From Elusimicrobiota bacterium (GTDB lineage Bacteria; RUG730; JBDRED01), in contig JBDRED010000009.1 of the NCBI GenBank assembly GCA_043820025.1, positions 1-60,406 on the forward strand: a DNA stretch of 60,406 nucleotides. Direction: 5' to 3'. A program made the translations under genes and the position numbers. How positions within the stretch are numbered: position 1 is the stretch's first letter; each line of letters starts with the position of its first letter. Positions 39,649-49,651 of this stretch are shown in pieces. The notes beneath the pieces are model-generated. The model saw only the letters and a program-made list of their open reading frames with translations. It did no database searches and was not told where the DNA came from.

Positions 39649-40239
39649 TCACTTTTTCTTTTCTTTTTCTATAACCTCGTCTACTATTCCATACTGCTTT
39701 GCCTCAATAGGAGATAAAAATTTATCTCTTTCCGTGTCCTGTTCAACTTTCTTAATGCTCTGCCCGGTATGACTTGAAAGCAGATGGTTTAAACGATCGC
39801 GCACACTTAGTATTTCCTGCGCGTGAATATTTATATCCGTTGCCTGCCCCTGGAATCCGCCTAGAGGCTGATGTATCATTATTCTTGAATTAGGAAGCGC
39901 GAATCTTTTTCCATGTTCGCCTCCGGCTAAAAGTATAGCTCCCATGCTTGCAGCCTGGCCTATACAAATCGTTGAAACCTTTGAATTAATATACTGCATA
40001 GTATCATAAATCGCCAATCCTGCCGTGACTGAACCGCCGGGGCTGTTTATATATAAAGAAATTTCTTTTGAGGAATCTTCAGCGTCTAGGAATAACAGCT
40101 GAGCTATTATTACATTCGCCATTTCGTCATAGATCTGCGTTCCTAAAAAAATAATTCTATCCTTTAAAAGGCGCGAATAAATATCATACGCTCTCTCTCC
40201 ACGCTGTGATTGTTCAACTACCATTGGAATAAGACTCAT
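39649..40239 (-). CDS. clpP: ATP-dependent Clp protease proteolytic subunit
   Basis: GQAASMGA (Ser), IMIHQPLGG (His), 196 aa. Confidence 0.97.
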   Translation of the reverse strand: MSLIPMVVEQSQRGERAYDIYSRLLKDRIIFLGTQIYDEMANVIIAQLLFLDAEDSSKEISLYINSPGGSVTAGLAIYDTMQYINSKVSTICIGQAASMGAILLAGGEHGKRFALPNSRIMIHQPLGGFQGQATDINIHAQEILSVRDRLNHLLSSHTGQSIKKVEQDTERDKFLSPIEAKQYGIVDEVIEKEKKK

Positions 40240-40322
40240 TGCAAACCTCCAAAATGACGCGAAGCGTTATCCATAACCTCAAATTACCGAGCTTGGCGGG
40301 AAAGGCGCTTACTACGCATTTA

Positions 40323-41618
40323 TTATTTAGTTTTCTTCTCTATCTCTTTTATCTTTGCGTTTTCTTCAAGAAATTTAAATATTTTATCTTCTTCAATACG
40401 CGCTATAATTGTATTCTTATGCTCATTAAAGTACTTTTGAACTTCGTCCCTGCGATTACCTGAACCATCCAGAGCCCTTGTCAGTTCGCCCTGAAACTCT
40501 TCGTCTGAAACCTTGATTTGTTCTTTCTCTGCGATTGCGTTTAAAATGTATGATATCTGAACTTGTTCCTTTGCGTCATTCATATACTTTTCTTTAAGCG
40601 CATGTTTTTCTTCATCGCCTTTAGGCTGTATACCGCCCTTGTGCTGCATATAATTCTGCACTCTTTCCGCCATATACTCAGCCTGCCTCTGAATAATTGA
40701 AGCCGGCACTTCAATATCATTATTTTTAACTAAGTTTTTAACAATTTGTTGTTTGATATTCTGTTTTTGCGAATTTTCCTGCTCTTGTTGTAAATGCTCC
40801 TTTATCTTCTGACGCAGATCAGCTTCAGATTCCAAACCCAGCATTTGCAAAAACTCCTTATTAAGCTCCGGCAATTCCTTTTTCTTTATCTCATTTATTG
40901 TAACTGTATACTCCGCGGTTTTTCCGGCCAGGTCCTTCTTGTAATAATCTGACGGAAATGTGATACTAATAATTTTACTGTCAGCTTTTTTCATACCAAT
41001 AAGCTGTTTCGTAAAATCCGGCAATCCATTGCCTCTCTCTATCGAAATAAACGAAGCTTTAGCGCTCTCCTTTGTTAGAGGCGTTCCATCTAATTTTGCG
41101 TCATAATCTGCCGTAACAAAACTGCTGTCTCCGACTATTCCAATATCATCAGTTACAACCTTAGCATACCTCTCGCATAAATCAGCGACTGCTTTATTTA
41201 CATCCTTTTCTTCGACATTTAATGTTTCTTTTTCCAGCTTAATTTTTTTATAATCCTTAACTTCAAATTCGGGTTTTGTTTCAACAATTAATGAAAATGT
41301 TATTTCTTTGCTGTCGTCCATCTTGAAATCATGGATTTTCGGATATGAGACAGCTTCTATCTTTTCTATTTCAAGAACTCCGTTTACTGCCTTAGGAACA
41401 ATACTGTTTATAAGCTCTTCCTCGGCTCTTTCCGCAAATTTTGCTTTAATAGTTTCTATAGGCGCTTTTCCAACCCTAAAACCGGGCACTCTTACCGAAT
41501 TTTGAATCTTAATAAAAATAGATTCTCTTTCTTTGTTAATTATATCCTGCTCAACAACAACATTTAACTTTACTTCGCATGCCTTCTTTAATACGACCGT
41601 AGCCTTAACTCCATCCAT
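40323..41618 (-). CDS. tig: Trigger factor
   Basis: 431 aa. Ribosome-binding GFRVGKAP motif. Synteny tig-clpP-clpX-lon. Confidence 0.93.
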   Translation of the reverse strand: MDGVKATVVLKKACEVKLNVVVEQDIINKERESIFIKIQNSVRVPGFRVGKAPIETIKAKFAERAEEELINSIVPKAVNGVLEIEKIEAVSYPKIHDFKMDDSKEITFSLIVETKPEFEVKDYKKIKLEKETLNVEEKDVNKAVADLCERYAKVVTDDIGIVGDSSFVTADYDAKLDGTPLTKESAKASFISIERGNGLPDFTKQLIGMKKADSKIISITFPSDYYKKDLAGKTAEYTVTINEIKKKELPELNKEFLQMLGLESEADLRQKIKEHLQQEQENSQKQNIKQQIVKNLVKNNDIEVPASIIQRQAEYMAERVQNYMQHKGGIQPKGDEEKHALKEKYMNDAKEQVQISYILNAIAEKEQIKVSDEEFQGELTRALDGSGNRRDEVQKYFNEHKNTIIARIEEDKIFKFLEENAKIKEIEKKTK

Positions 41619-41706
41619 TATCTTACTCCTTATATTGTCATTCGTAATTCATTTTGCGTATTACATAAAAACATTATTCCCTCACCGCGCGCGCAATACG
41701 TTACTA

Positions 41707-41786
41707 TGCGAGGGGTGGGACTTGAACCCACACCCAAAAGGACTAGATCCTAAGTCTAGCGCGTCTGCCAATTCCGCCACCCTCGC
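41707..41786 (-). tRNA. tRNA-Leu (UAG)
   Basis: Reverse complement GCGAGGGTGGCGGAATTGGCAGACGCGCTAGACTTAGGATCTAGTCCTTTTGGGTGTGGGTTCAAGTCCCACCCCTCGCA. Anticodon loop CTTAGGA, long variable arm. Confidence 0.9.
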
Positions 41787-41789
41787 AAA

Positions 41790-42209
41790 TTAAATTTCCA
41801 TTAGTTTACTTCTAGCCCTCGTTACTACGCTTTTTTGTTCGGAAAAGTGTTTTAAAATTTGTCTTAATACTATCTTAGCGTCATGTATCTTACCCATCTC
41901 CTCATAAGCAATCGCTATCACAAAAAGAGCCTCTGCTTTTAATTCATGGGATTTTGCTCTGCTATAAGCGTGCTGAGCATACTCCATAGCTTGAAAATAA
42001 TCAGCCTTTTTTAAATATTCCTGACTCTTTCTATATAAGGCCTCTGCCGCGCTCTTAAATTCCTGCTCTTTTCTCTTTATCTGCGTTACATCGTTTTTTA
42101 AAACTTCCCGGCTCTGCGCATTATCCCGGCGCGGCTGATCTGCGTCAGAATAAAGACACTGAAACAAAAGACCAAAAAAAATAAAAACCAAAACTAAGTG
42201 TTTTATCAT
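41790..42209 (-). CDS. Small secreted helical (TPR-like) protein
   Basis: 139 aa. Signal peptide MIKHLVLVFIFFGLLFQCLYS. Helical A/E/K-rich body with one or two TPR-like units. Its stop lies 3 nt before the tRNA-Leu 5' end. Confidence 0.65.
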   Translation of the reverse strand: MIKHLVLVFIFFGLLFQCLYSDADQPRRDNAQSREVLKNDVTQIKRKEQEFKSAAEALYRKSQEYLKKADYFQAMEYAQHAYSRAKSHELKAEALFVIAIAYEEMGKIHDAKIVLRQILKHFSEQKSVVTRARSKLMEI

Positions 42210-42387
42210 AATTAATACTAAGTGTTTTTAACCGGCATATAAGCCTGATTAGCGCATAACCGGTTCCATTACTATTATAATATATCTAAATACAATTAAA
42301 TGTGATTATATCAATCTCAAATAAAAAAAGCAACTATAGAAATAGTTTCGAAGTAATTTTTAAAATCGAGTGCTGTCATTAGCGCCG

Positions 42388-42831
42388 CTATAGAAATGGT
42401 TTTTGGGACTGTATTATCTTCTCTGCCTCTCCTAACAGCCTTTTTGCCTCAACAAAGGTCAGAGCTGAAAAAGCTTTCTTATAATCGCACCACATAAATT
42501 CCTTTAATTCCTGCTCTTGTAATCTTACATTCTGCGTTCTAACTATTCCTATAAAATAACACACCTCTTTTTTTACAACAACATTATCTTTATTAAATTC
42601 ATAATGCTCAGTAAGCGGCTTATTTTGTAAAAACTCTACCTCCTTTATTCCTGTTTCCTCATCTAATTCTCTCAATGCTGTTTCTATGGAAGTTTCGTTA
42701 GGATTTATATGCCCCTTTGGAAATCCCCAGTGAAGAGCTTTATGCTGTACCAACAAGTATTCATGCGAATTATTTTTTTTAAAAACTACTATTACTCCGC
42801 ATGATTTTTCATACGCAATCTTTTTATCCAT
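42388..42831 (-). CDS. NUDIX hydrolase
   Basis: Nudix box GFPKGHINPNETSIETALRELDEETG. Confidence 0.9.
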   Translation of the reverse strand: MDKKIAYEKSCGVIVVFKKNNSHEYLLVQHKALHWGFPKGHINPNETSIETALRELDEETGIKEVEFLQNKPLTEHYEFNKDNVVVKKEVCYFIGIVRTQNVRLQEQELKEFMWCDYKKAFSALTFVEAKRLLGEAEKIIQSQKPFL

Positions 42832-42933
42832 CTTTTTTCCAAATACAAATAAAATAAGACGGCTTACCCGGAACGCATATCCTTGCCATGCGAAGCCCGG
42901 AATAAAAACCGCCTCTTTTTTATTTTAAGATTT

Positions 42934-43122
42934 CTATATTCCGGCGCTAACCAGCAATCCTATTAGAATTCCTATTAAAATACTTAAATACATATTCCCA
43001 ACTATCGGGCATGTCTTCCCGGCGCATCTTAAAATTTTATGCCATAAAAACCCGGCTACTCCGCCTATCACAGCCCAAACAATAATCGGCATTTTACCCT
43101 CCAAAAAAATTATATTTATCAA
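42934..43122 (-). CDS. Small two-helix membrane protein with a C-x-G-x-x-C-P-I motif
   Basis: 62-aa ORF. WHKILRCAGKTCPIVGN sits between two hydrophobic helices. Immediately downstream of arsR-trx. Confidence 0.6.
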   Translation of the reverse strand: MINIIFLEGKMPIIVWAVIGGVAGFLWHKILRCAGKTCPIVGNMYLSILIGILIGLLVSAGI

Positions 43123-43158
43123 GATCCGTAATAAGAATAATCACAGCAGTCTGCGCGC

Positions 43159-43485
43159 TTATTTTAAATTACTGTTAATCAATTCTTCTATATCATCCTG
43201 CGAATGATACCCTACCAGCCTCTTAATTTCCTTGCCATCCTTAAATAAAACCAGTGTCGGGATACCTGTTACCTTGTATTTAGACGATACCTCAGGATTT
43301 TCGTCAGTATTAATCTTATATACAGCCAGATCGTCTTTATATGAGCCTGCAATATTTTCGATTATTGGAGAAATCATTTGGCATGGAGCGCACCATGGAG
43401 CCCAAAAATCAATAAGAGCAATTCCTTTTTTTGTCTCCATCACTTGTATAAAATCCTTGTCTTCCATTTTCTTTACAGTACTCAT
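43159..43485 (-). CDS. trxA: Thioredoxin
   Basis: WAPWCAPC. Start taken at ATG 43485 with GGAGG upstream, giving a canonical 108 aa. The track's longer ORF would overlap arsR. Confidence 0.92.
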   Translation of the reverse strand: MSTVKKMEDKDFIQVMETKKGIALIDFWAPWCAPCQMISPIIENIAGSYKDDLAVYKINTDENPEVSSKYKVTGIPTLVLFKDGKEIKRLVGYHSQDDIEELINSNLK

Positions 43486-43486
43486 A

Positions 43487-43771
43487 TTATTCCTCCTTAT
43501 CGCCGGATTTACCAAGTAAATCCTTAAAAATTTTCTTAATATTCCGGTCAACAACCTTGTAACAAATATTCATTTTATCACGCCTGCCCTCTATTATTCC
43601 CGCTGATTTTAAAATACGCAGGTGTTGAGAAACCGTTGCCTGCGGCATAGCCATACACTTTACAATGTGCGTTACATTGCATTCATCATTTAGCAAACCT
43701 TCAATTATTTTCAATCTATGCGGATGCGCTATTGCTTTAAGTTTTTCCGCGTAAATCTGATATTTATCCAT
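43487..43771 (-). CDS. ArsR/SmtB-family transcriptional regulator
   Basis: 94 aa. LKAIAHPHRLKIIEGL...CNVTHIVKCMAMPQATVSQHLRILKSAGII winged-helix pattern. Confidence 0.9.
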   Translation of the reverse strand: MDKYQIYAEKLKAIAHPHRLKIIEGLLNDECNVTHIVKCMAMPQATVSQHLRILKSAGIIEGRRDKMNICYKVVDRNIKKIFKDLLGKSGDKEE

Positions 43772-43801
43772 ATTGATTTCCTATCTATGCGTATTAGTGT
43801 A

Positions 43802-43821
43802 TTATTCATATATATTAATAA
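43802..43821. promoter_or_regulatory. AT-rich near-palindrome upstream of arsR (candidate operator)
   Basis: TTATTCATAT|ATATTAATAA matches at 9 of 10 positions as an inverted repeat, 31-50 nt upstream of the arsR ATG. The AT-only composition makes chance occurrence plausible. Confidence 0.25.
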
Positions 43822-43829
43822 TACTCCTC

Positions 43830-44582
43830 TCATCTGTCAAGCGCTTCAAGCCAGTCTATTACATATTCTATAAATTTTTGATCAATTAATGATATGCCGT
43901 GTTTATCCCCGGGAATCTGTAAAAATTTTAAGTTCGCGTTGGATGATAAGTAACTCATAAAAGTAAGGCATGTTTCGTATGAGTATTCATCTTTAAAAGC
44001 GCTGACAATCATAAGCGGCCTATTCACATAACCTGAAACCACAGGCCCTGTCCCTATTCCCAAATAATCCATTCCCGGAGATATCATAATAACAGGCTGA
44101 ACCTTCGCGTCAGTAACTGCGTAACGAAGAGCAAGGTTAGCTCCAATATCGCTTCCTATTATTCCTATTTTCTTATGCTTAACATTTTTTTGTTCAACCA
44201 AAAAATCTACCGCGAACTCTATATCTCGAATCATCTTTTGCCACTCGGAATACTCCATTGACTTATCAAACTGCTCATATGTATATCCTTTACTGACAGA
44301 AGCTCCGTGCCCCCTAAGATCAAGGGCTAAATATCCAAATCCCTTTTCTTCAAGTTCCTGAGCAAAAGACGCCCAGTCTTCTCTGTCTCCTCCATAACCG
44401 TGAAGAAGTATAAATGTTCTATTATTATTTTCAGGCAGGTATAAATCCCCTGCTATATTTAATCCATCTTCTGCAGTAAAGGACACTATTTCTTTTGAAT
44501 CAGCATCGTGGATAAATATTAGCGCTATACCGCACATTAGAAAAAGCGCTCTTAGTATTTCAGAGAAATATTTTCTTTTCAT
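43830..44582 (-). CDS. Secreted alpha/beta-fold hydrolase with Asp at the nucleophile elbow
   Basis: 250 aa with signal peptide. HGYGG oxyanion region, elbow G-S-D-I-G, later KDEYS and GDKHG. Confidence 0.8.
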   Translation of the reverse strand: MKRKYFSEILRALFLMCGIALIFIHDADSKEIVSFTAEDGLNIAGDLYLPENNNRTFILLHGYGGDREDWASFAQELEEKGFGYLALDLRGHGASVSKGYTYEQFDKSMEYSEWQKMIRDIEFAVDFLVEQKNVKHKKIGIIGSDIGANLALRYAVTDAKVQPVIMISPGMDYLGIGTGPVVSGYVNRPLMIVSAFKDEYSYETCLTFMSYLSSNANLKFLQIPGDKHGISLIDQKFIEYVIDWLEALDR

Positions 44583-44600
44583 AATTCTTCGATATCATTA

Positions 44601-46286
44601 TTAAATTTTCGCAAGCACCGGGTCTTCATCTACATTAAACTTCTTTACTTGCGAAAAATAAAAATGTCCTCCGGCAGCCTGCGCAATATTTGTTAAGTGA
44701 TCCGCAACCTTCTCTAAATTATTTATTATATCAATAAAAATAAGCGTGCCCTGCGCAGTGCATTGTTTGGAAACAAGCCGCGCCGCATGTTCGTTTAAAA
44801 AACTCTTATGGTCTGCGTTTACCTCTTTCTCGAGCCTTATTACATCTTCAACCAGTTTCTTCTCAAAACTATTAATAACCTGTATTGATCTTTCAAACAT
44901 TAACTCGATTTTATCATACATTGACTTAATCTCTTGAAGGGCGGTATCGCTTAATACAGCCTCTTCCCCTATTACAGCGTCAGTTTTTTCCGCAATATTT
45001 ACCGCATGATCGGATATGCGCTCAATATCATTTATTGAATGCAGGTACACCGGCAGTTGAGACGATAACTCCTCAGTAAGCGTGTCTGTCGAAATCTTTG
45101 CAATATAGAATGTAATATCTCGCTGAATATGATCAATAGCGTCTTCCTGTGTAATTACATGGTGCACAGACTGCTTATCCCTGTTAAAGAATCCGTCAAC
45201 AGCAGTCTTTAAAACCTTTCTTGACATCTTAGCCATCTCTGCTATCTCCTTCTTTGTGCTCTCTAACGCTACTGCGGGCGTATTCAAAAGACTGTCCTGA
45301 AGATATTTCATATCTATTGAAACATATGTTTCCTCTCCCGGAATAAGTTTTTTAATAATTACTATTATTATGCCGACTAACGGTAAAAAAACCACTGCGT
45401 TTATTATATTAAAAAATGTATGCGCGTTCGCAATATACCTTGCGATATTTTCCGTTGTTATAATCTTTCCGGGAGTAACAAACATAATAAATTTCTCATA
45501 AACCCCGAAATATATTAAAAACCCAAAATATATACTGCCAAGAATATTAAATAATGAATGGAAACACGCCATGCGCCTTGCAGAAACAGTTCCGCCTATA
45601 CTGGCAAGCCACGCAGTAACTGTAGTTCCAATATTTGTCCCTAATAATATATATAAAGCAGACTTAAAATCAATCAAACCGCCAATTGCGAGAGCAATAA
45701 GAAGACCTATTGAAGCGCTGCTTGACTGGATTACAACGGTAAAAAGCGCGCCTATAAGTATTGCCAATAATCCGTTTTTACTAATAAGCACAAAAAAATC
45801 TGTAACAGCAGGTATATCCCGCAGAGGTTTTACAACATCAGACATTGTTGATAAACCTAAAAATATTATTCCCAGAGCTAAGATAACCTCTCCCCAAAAT
45901 TTCACCTTTCTCCTGCGCGCAATCAGCATAATGAGCATACCTATTCCTATTCCCGGAAGAGCGTATTTTGAAATTTTAAACGCAATAATTTGAGCCGTTA
46001 TAGTAGTTCCTATATTCGCGCCTATGACAACGCTTGCCGCCTGCACCAGGTTAATAATTCCGGCGTTTATCAGGCCGATTAATATTACGGTTGTAACGCT
46101 GCTGCTCTGAACAATACTTGTCACAAAAGCGCCTAACGACACTCCCATAAGTTTATTATCTGTCAAAGAACGCAGCATTCTTCTTATACGAAGACTCCCT
46201 ATCTTTTGCAAGCCTTCTGATAAGAACTTCATTCCAAAAATAAACAGACCCAGGCCGCCTATAACGCCAAAAATTATTTTTTCCAT
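44601..46286 (-). CDS. Na/Pi-cotransporter family protein with C-terminal PhoU-like domains
   Basis: 561 aa. Duplicated QSSSxT/QSSSAS transporter repeats. The C-terminal helical half carries ISDHA.NIAE and VADHLTNIAQ PhoU-type motifs. Confidence 0.9.
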   Translation of the reverse strand: MEKIIFGVIGGLGLFIFGMKFLSEGLQKIGSLRIRRMLRSLTDNKLMGVSLGAFVTSIVQSSSVTTVILIGLINAGIINLVQAASVVIGANIGTTITAQIIAFKISKYALPGIGIGMLIMLIARRRKVKFWGEVILALGIIFLGLSTMSDVVKPLRDIPAVTDFFVLISKNGLLAILIGALFTVVIQSSSASIGLLIALAIGGLIDFKSALYILLGTNIGTTVTAWLASIGGTVSARRMACFHSLFNILGSIYFGFLIYFGVYEKFIMFVTPGKIITTENIARYIANAHTFFNIINAVVFLPLVGIIIVIIKKLIPGEETYVSIDMKYLQDSLLNTPAVALESTKKEIAEMAKMSRKVLKTAVDGFFNRDKQSVHHVITQEDAIDHIQRDITFYIAKISTDTLTEELSSQLPVYLHSINDIERISDHAVNIAEKTDAVIGEEAVLSDTALQEIKSMYDKIELMFERSIQVINSFEKKLVEDVIRLEKEVNADHKSFLNEHAARLVSKQCTAQGTLIFIDIINNLEKVADHLTNIAQAAGGHFYFSQVKKFNVDEDPVLAKI

Positions 46287-46399
46287 AAGCTCTCCTTAAA
46301 AATTGTTTTTATATCATCGCCAAAGATTGTTAGGCAGGATTCCGAAACATGTCTATTAATTATACTTTTTGAGCTCAAATAGGCAATGCTTTTTTAAAT

Positions 46400-46436
46400 A
46401 AAAAAGCCCCGGACGCCTTTAAAGGCAGCCGGGGCT
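46400..46436 (-). terminator. Rho-independent terminator after the small basic protein gene
   Basis: AGCCCCGG...CCGGGGCT 8-bp outer stem (46405-46412 / 46429-46436) with additional inner pairing, followed on the minus strand by a T-run (46404-46400). Confidence 0.85.
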
Positions 46437-46457
46437 ATTTGAATCGTTAAGAATTTA

Positions 46458-46781
46458 CTATCTCTTTTTTTTCTTAACCGCTTTTTTCTTCTTCACAACT
46501 TTCTTCTTCGCAGCCTTTTTCTTCTTTACAACTTTCTTCTTAGCAGCCTTTTTCTTTCTTCCGCCGCGAACCATCTTTGTTCTGGAAATGTCTCCCTCTT
46601 TGTCAATGTAATAAAGAAAGCCATCTTCTCTCTTTACTCCAACCTTTTGAACCTTTGCTGCTCCGCCACCCTTCTTTCCACCGCGAGCCATCTTAGCTCT
46701 TGAAATATCTCCCTGTTTATCTAGATAATACAGGAAACCTTTTTCCCGGCGAATACCGGCTTTTGCGACTTTTTGTCCCAT
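46458..46781 (-). CDS. Small basic protein: tandem duplicated ~33-aa domain plus Lys/Ala/Val histone-H1-like tail
   Basis: Start at ATG 46781, 8 nt after GGAGG. Repeats are AGIRREKGFLYYLDKQGDISRAKMARGGKKGG and VGVKREDGFLYYIDKEGDISRTKMVRGGRKKK. Tail is AAKKKVVKKKKAAKKKVVKKKKAVKKKKR. Confidence 0.75.
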   Translation of the reverse strand: MGQKVAKAGIRREKGFLYYLDKQGDISRAKMARGGKKGGGAAKVQKVGVKREDGFLYYIDKEGDISRTKMVRGGRKKKAAKKKVVKKKKAAKKKVVKKKKAVKKKKR

Positions 46782-46811
46782 GCAACGCACCTCCTTGATT
46801 TACGGTTAATT

Positions 46812-46902
46812 CGGAGAGGGAGAGATTCGAACTCTCGCTAGATCTTAACGACCTACTACAGGTTTAGCAAACCCGCCCCTTCAGCCACTTGGGTACCTCT
46901 CC
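46812..46902 (-). tRNA. tRNA-Ser (GCU)
   Basis: Reverse complement GGAGAGGTACCCAAGTGGCTGAAGGGGCGGGTTTGCTAAACCTGTAGTAGGTCGTTAAGATCTAGCGAGAGTTCGAATCTCTCCCTCTCCG. Anticodon loop TTGCTAA, long variable arm. Confidence 0.92.
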
Positions 46903-46916
46903 TCACTCGTGAAACA

Positions 46917-46945
46917 ATTATATGTAAGCTTATCTTAAAATGCAA
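46917..46945 (-). promoter_or_regulatory. Sigma70-type promoter candidate directly upstream of tRNA-Ser
   Basis: The minus strand reads TTGCAT (46945-46940), a 17-nt spacer, then TATAAT (46922-46917). The tRNA 5' end lies 14 nt after the -10 box. Confidence 0.45.
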
Positions 46946-46964
46946 GCATTTCTTATAAATATTT

Positions 46965-49568
46965 TTATTTTTTTCTCTTAGAAAATTTGAATTTATTCTT
47001 GTCTGCGCCTATCTCAATCTGATCTCCATCCTGTATTTCTCCTCGGAGAATCATTAAAGCAAGGGCGTCCTGGATGTTTTTTTGTATAGTCCTTTTTAGC
47101 GGCCGCGCGCCAAACGCGGGGTTATATCCAAGCGTAGTAATCAGGAGTTTTGCCTCTGAGGCAACGATAATTTGAATTTTATTTACGTCTAACAGTTTTT
47201 GAAGCTGCGCTATTTGTATATCCACAATCTTTAAGAGTTCTTCCTTTGTTAGAGGATGAAACAGCACAACCTCGTCAATACGATTAAGAAATTCCGGCCT
47301 AAAGAATTTATTTAATAAATCCCACGCAGCTATTTTCTCGTCCTCCAGCTCCTTCTTTTTTTTCTTTTCAAATCCTATGGGGTTAACTTCTTTATTCGAC
47401 CCAAGATTTGAAGTCATAATTATAATACAGTTTTTAAAGTCTACTGTTCTGCCTTGGCCATCGGTTAGACGGCCGTCGTCCAATAACTGTAACAGCACAT
47501 TAAAAACATCGTGATGCGCCTTTTCTATTTCATCGAATAGAATTACCGAATATGGCCGCCTTCTCACCGCTTCTGTCAGCTGTCCGCCTTCTTCATAACC
47601 AACATACCCGGGAGGCGCGCCTATCAGCCTTGCAACAGCGTGTTTCTCCATATACTCAGACATATCCACTCTAAGCATAGCCTTTTCATCGTCGAATAAA
47701 AATTCCGCTAATGCCCTCGCAAGTTCTGTTTTACCAACACCTGTAGGCCCCATAAAAATAAATGAGCCTATCGGCCTGTCAACGCTCTGCACTCCTGCCC
47801 TGGAACGCCTAATCGCGTTTGAAACTACTGTCACAGCATCGTCCTGGCCTATAAGCCTTCTTCTTATATTCTCTTCCATGGCCACTAATTTATGTTTTTC
47901 TTTTTCAAGCATCTTTGAAACAGGTATGCCTGTCCACTTTGAAACTATTTCGGCAATATCTTCATCGTCAATAGATTCCTTTAGCATTGCTTCTTTGCTT
48001 TGAGCCTTTTCAAGCTTGCCGGTTTCCTCGTCTAATATTTTATTCAGCGCTACTATTTTACCATACCTTATTTCAGCTACCTTTTCTAAATTCCCTTCCC
48101 GTTCAGCAGTCATCTCCTCTAGTTTTGCGTCTTCAATCTGTTTTCTTGTATCCCGAATTTTTGTAATACAATCTTTTTCCTTTTGCCATCTGGCCCTCAG
48201 CGCATCCCTGTCTGCTTTATAATTAGCGATTGTTTTTTCGAGATTTACCAGCTTATCCTTAATATTATCATCAGATTCTTTCTTCAGCGCCTCTCTTTCC
48301 ACCTCAAGCTGTCTTACCTTTCTTTCTAATTGGTCAATCTCAAGAGGCATGCTGTCTATCTCCATACGAAGCTTTGACGCGGCCTCGTCAATTAAATCAA
48401 TCGCCTTATCCGGAAGAAATCTGTCATTAATATATCTATGTGAAAGATTAGCTGCGGCTACGATAGCGGAATCCTTTATTTTTATACCATGGTGCACCTC
48501 ATACTTTTCCTTTATTCCGCGCAGTATTGCTATTGTGTCTTCCACAGACGGCTCTCCAATTAAAACAGGCTGAAAACGCCTTTCCAATGCCGCATCCTTC
48601 TCAATATATTTGCGGTATTCATTTAGAGTCGTGGCGCCAATACACCTCAACTCCCCGCGAGCTAACGCAGGCTTAAGCATATTCGACGCGTCAATAGCTC
48701 CTTCCGCTGCGCCGGCGCCGATTAATGTATGAAGCTCGTCAATGAATAGGACTATCTCCCCTGCGCTCTTCTCAACTTCCTTTATTACGGCCTTGAGCCT
48801 GTCTTCAAACTCCCCTCTGAATTTCGCGCCTGCTATTAAAGCGCCAAGATCTAAACTAATAACCTTTTTATTCTTAAGCGATTCAGGCGCATCGCCGCTC
48901 ACTATCCTCTGAGCCAAGCCTTCCGCAATCGCAGTCTTTCCCACGCCCGGTTCTCCTATAAGAACAGGATTATTCTTAGTCCGCCTTGAAAGAACCTGCA
49001 TAACACGCCTTATCTCTTCATCTCTTCCAATCACAGGATCCAGCTTTCCATCCTTGGCGAGCTTTGTGAGATTCCTGCTGTATTTTTCTAAAACCTGATA
49101 CTTATTCTCAGGGTTTTGATCAGTAACATTTTGATTGCCTCTAATATCAACAAGAGCCTGATAAATCGATTCTCTATTTACGTTAAATTTGAGCAGGAAA
49201 TCCTGCAGCATACTATTGCGTTCCTCGCTCATAGCTATCAATAAATGTTCAGTAGAAACATATTCGTCCTTCAACCGTCCCGCTTCCTTTATGGACGTTT
49301 TAAGCGTCTGATCAAAACGCGGAGTTACATAAAGCTGAACAGCGCCTGTAACTTTTTGTCTATTATTTATATTGGCTTCAACAGCGCGGATAAGCGCGCC
49401 TGCGTCTACTCCTAATTTTTGCAGTATTGGCACAACTATACCCTCGCTTTGTCTAAGCAGAGCCAAGAGCAAATGTTCGACATCAACCTGTTGTTGATCA
49501 AGATTTTGCGCAATACTTTGCGCTTCCTGTAATGCTTCCTGCGCTTTAATTGTGAATTTATCAAACAT
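46965..49568 (-). CDS. clpB: Chaperone/disaggregase ClpB
   Basis: 867 aa. Two AAA modules ([26 protein letters not shown]) separated by a long coiled-coil middle domain. Confidence 0.97.
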   Translation of the reverse strand: MFDKFTIKAQEALQEAQSIAQNLDQQQVDVEHLLLALLRQSEGIVVPILQKLGVDAGALIRAVEANINNRQKVTGAVQLYVTPRFDQTLKTSIKEAGRLKDEYVSTEHLLIAMSEERNSMLQDFLLKFNVNRESIYQALVDIRGNQNVTDQNPENKYQVLEKYSRNLTKLAKDGKLDPVIGRDEEIRRVMQVLSRRTKNNPVLIGEPGVGKTAIAEGLAQRIVSGDAPESLKNKKVISLDLGALIAGAKFRGEFEDRLKAVIKEVEKSAGEIVLFIDELHTLIGAGAAEGAIDASNMLKPALARGELRCIGATTLNEYRKYIEKDAALERRFQPVLIGEPSVEDTIAILRGIKEKYEVHHGIKIKDSAIVAAANLSHRYINDRFLPDKAIDLIDEAASKLRMEIDSMPLEIDQLERKVRQLEVEREALKKESDDNIKDKLVNLEKTIANYKADRDALRARWQKEKDCITKIRDTRKQIEDAKLEEMTAEREGNLEKVAEIRYGKIVALNKILDEETGKLEKAQSKEAMLKESIDDEDIAEIVSKWTGIPVSKMLEKEKHKLVAMEENIRRRLIGQDDAVTVVSNAIRRSRAGVQSVDRPIGSFIFMGPTGVGKTELARALAEFLFDDEKAMLRVDMSEYMEKHAVARLIGAPPGYVGYEEGGQLTEAVRRRPYSVILFDEIEKAHHDVFNVLLQLLDDGRLTDGQGRTVDFKNCIIIMTSNLGSNKEVNPIGFEKKKKKELEDEKIAAWDLLNKFFRPEFLNRIDEVVLFHPLTKEELLKIVDIQIAQLQKLLDVNKIQIIVASEAKLLITTLGYNPAFGARPLKRTIQKNIQDALALMILRGEIQDGDQIEIGADKNKFKFSKRKK

Positions 49569-49651
49569 AATACACCTCTTTCTCCCGGAGGAAACCTATG
49601 TGTCCGCCTAAACAATGGGAAGTGTTTTTTATTCCGGATTCTGTTTCATAG

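Noticed and set aside
42832-42933. Structured RNA between the small membrane protein gene and the NUDIX gene
   Set aside because: Only short nested stems (GGCTT/AAGCC, CGCAT/ATGCG) were seen, with no match to any riboswitch core I know. It is noted only as a relative of the TATTCCGG motif.
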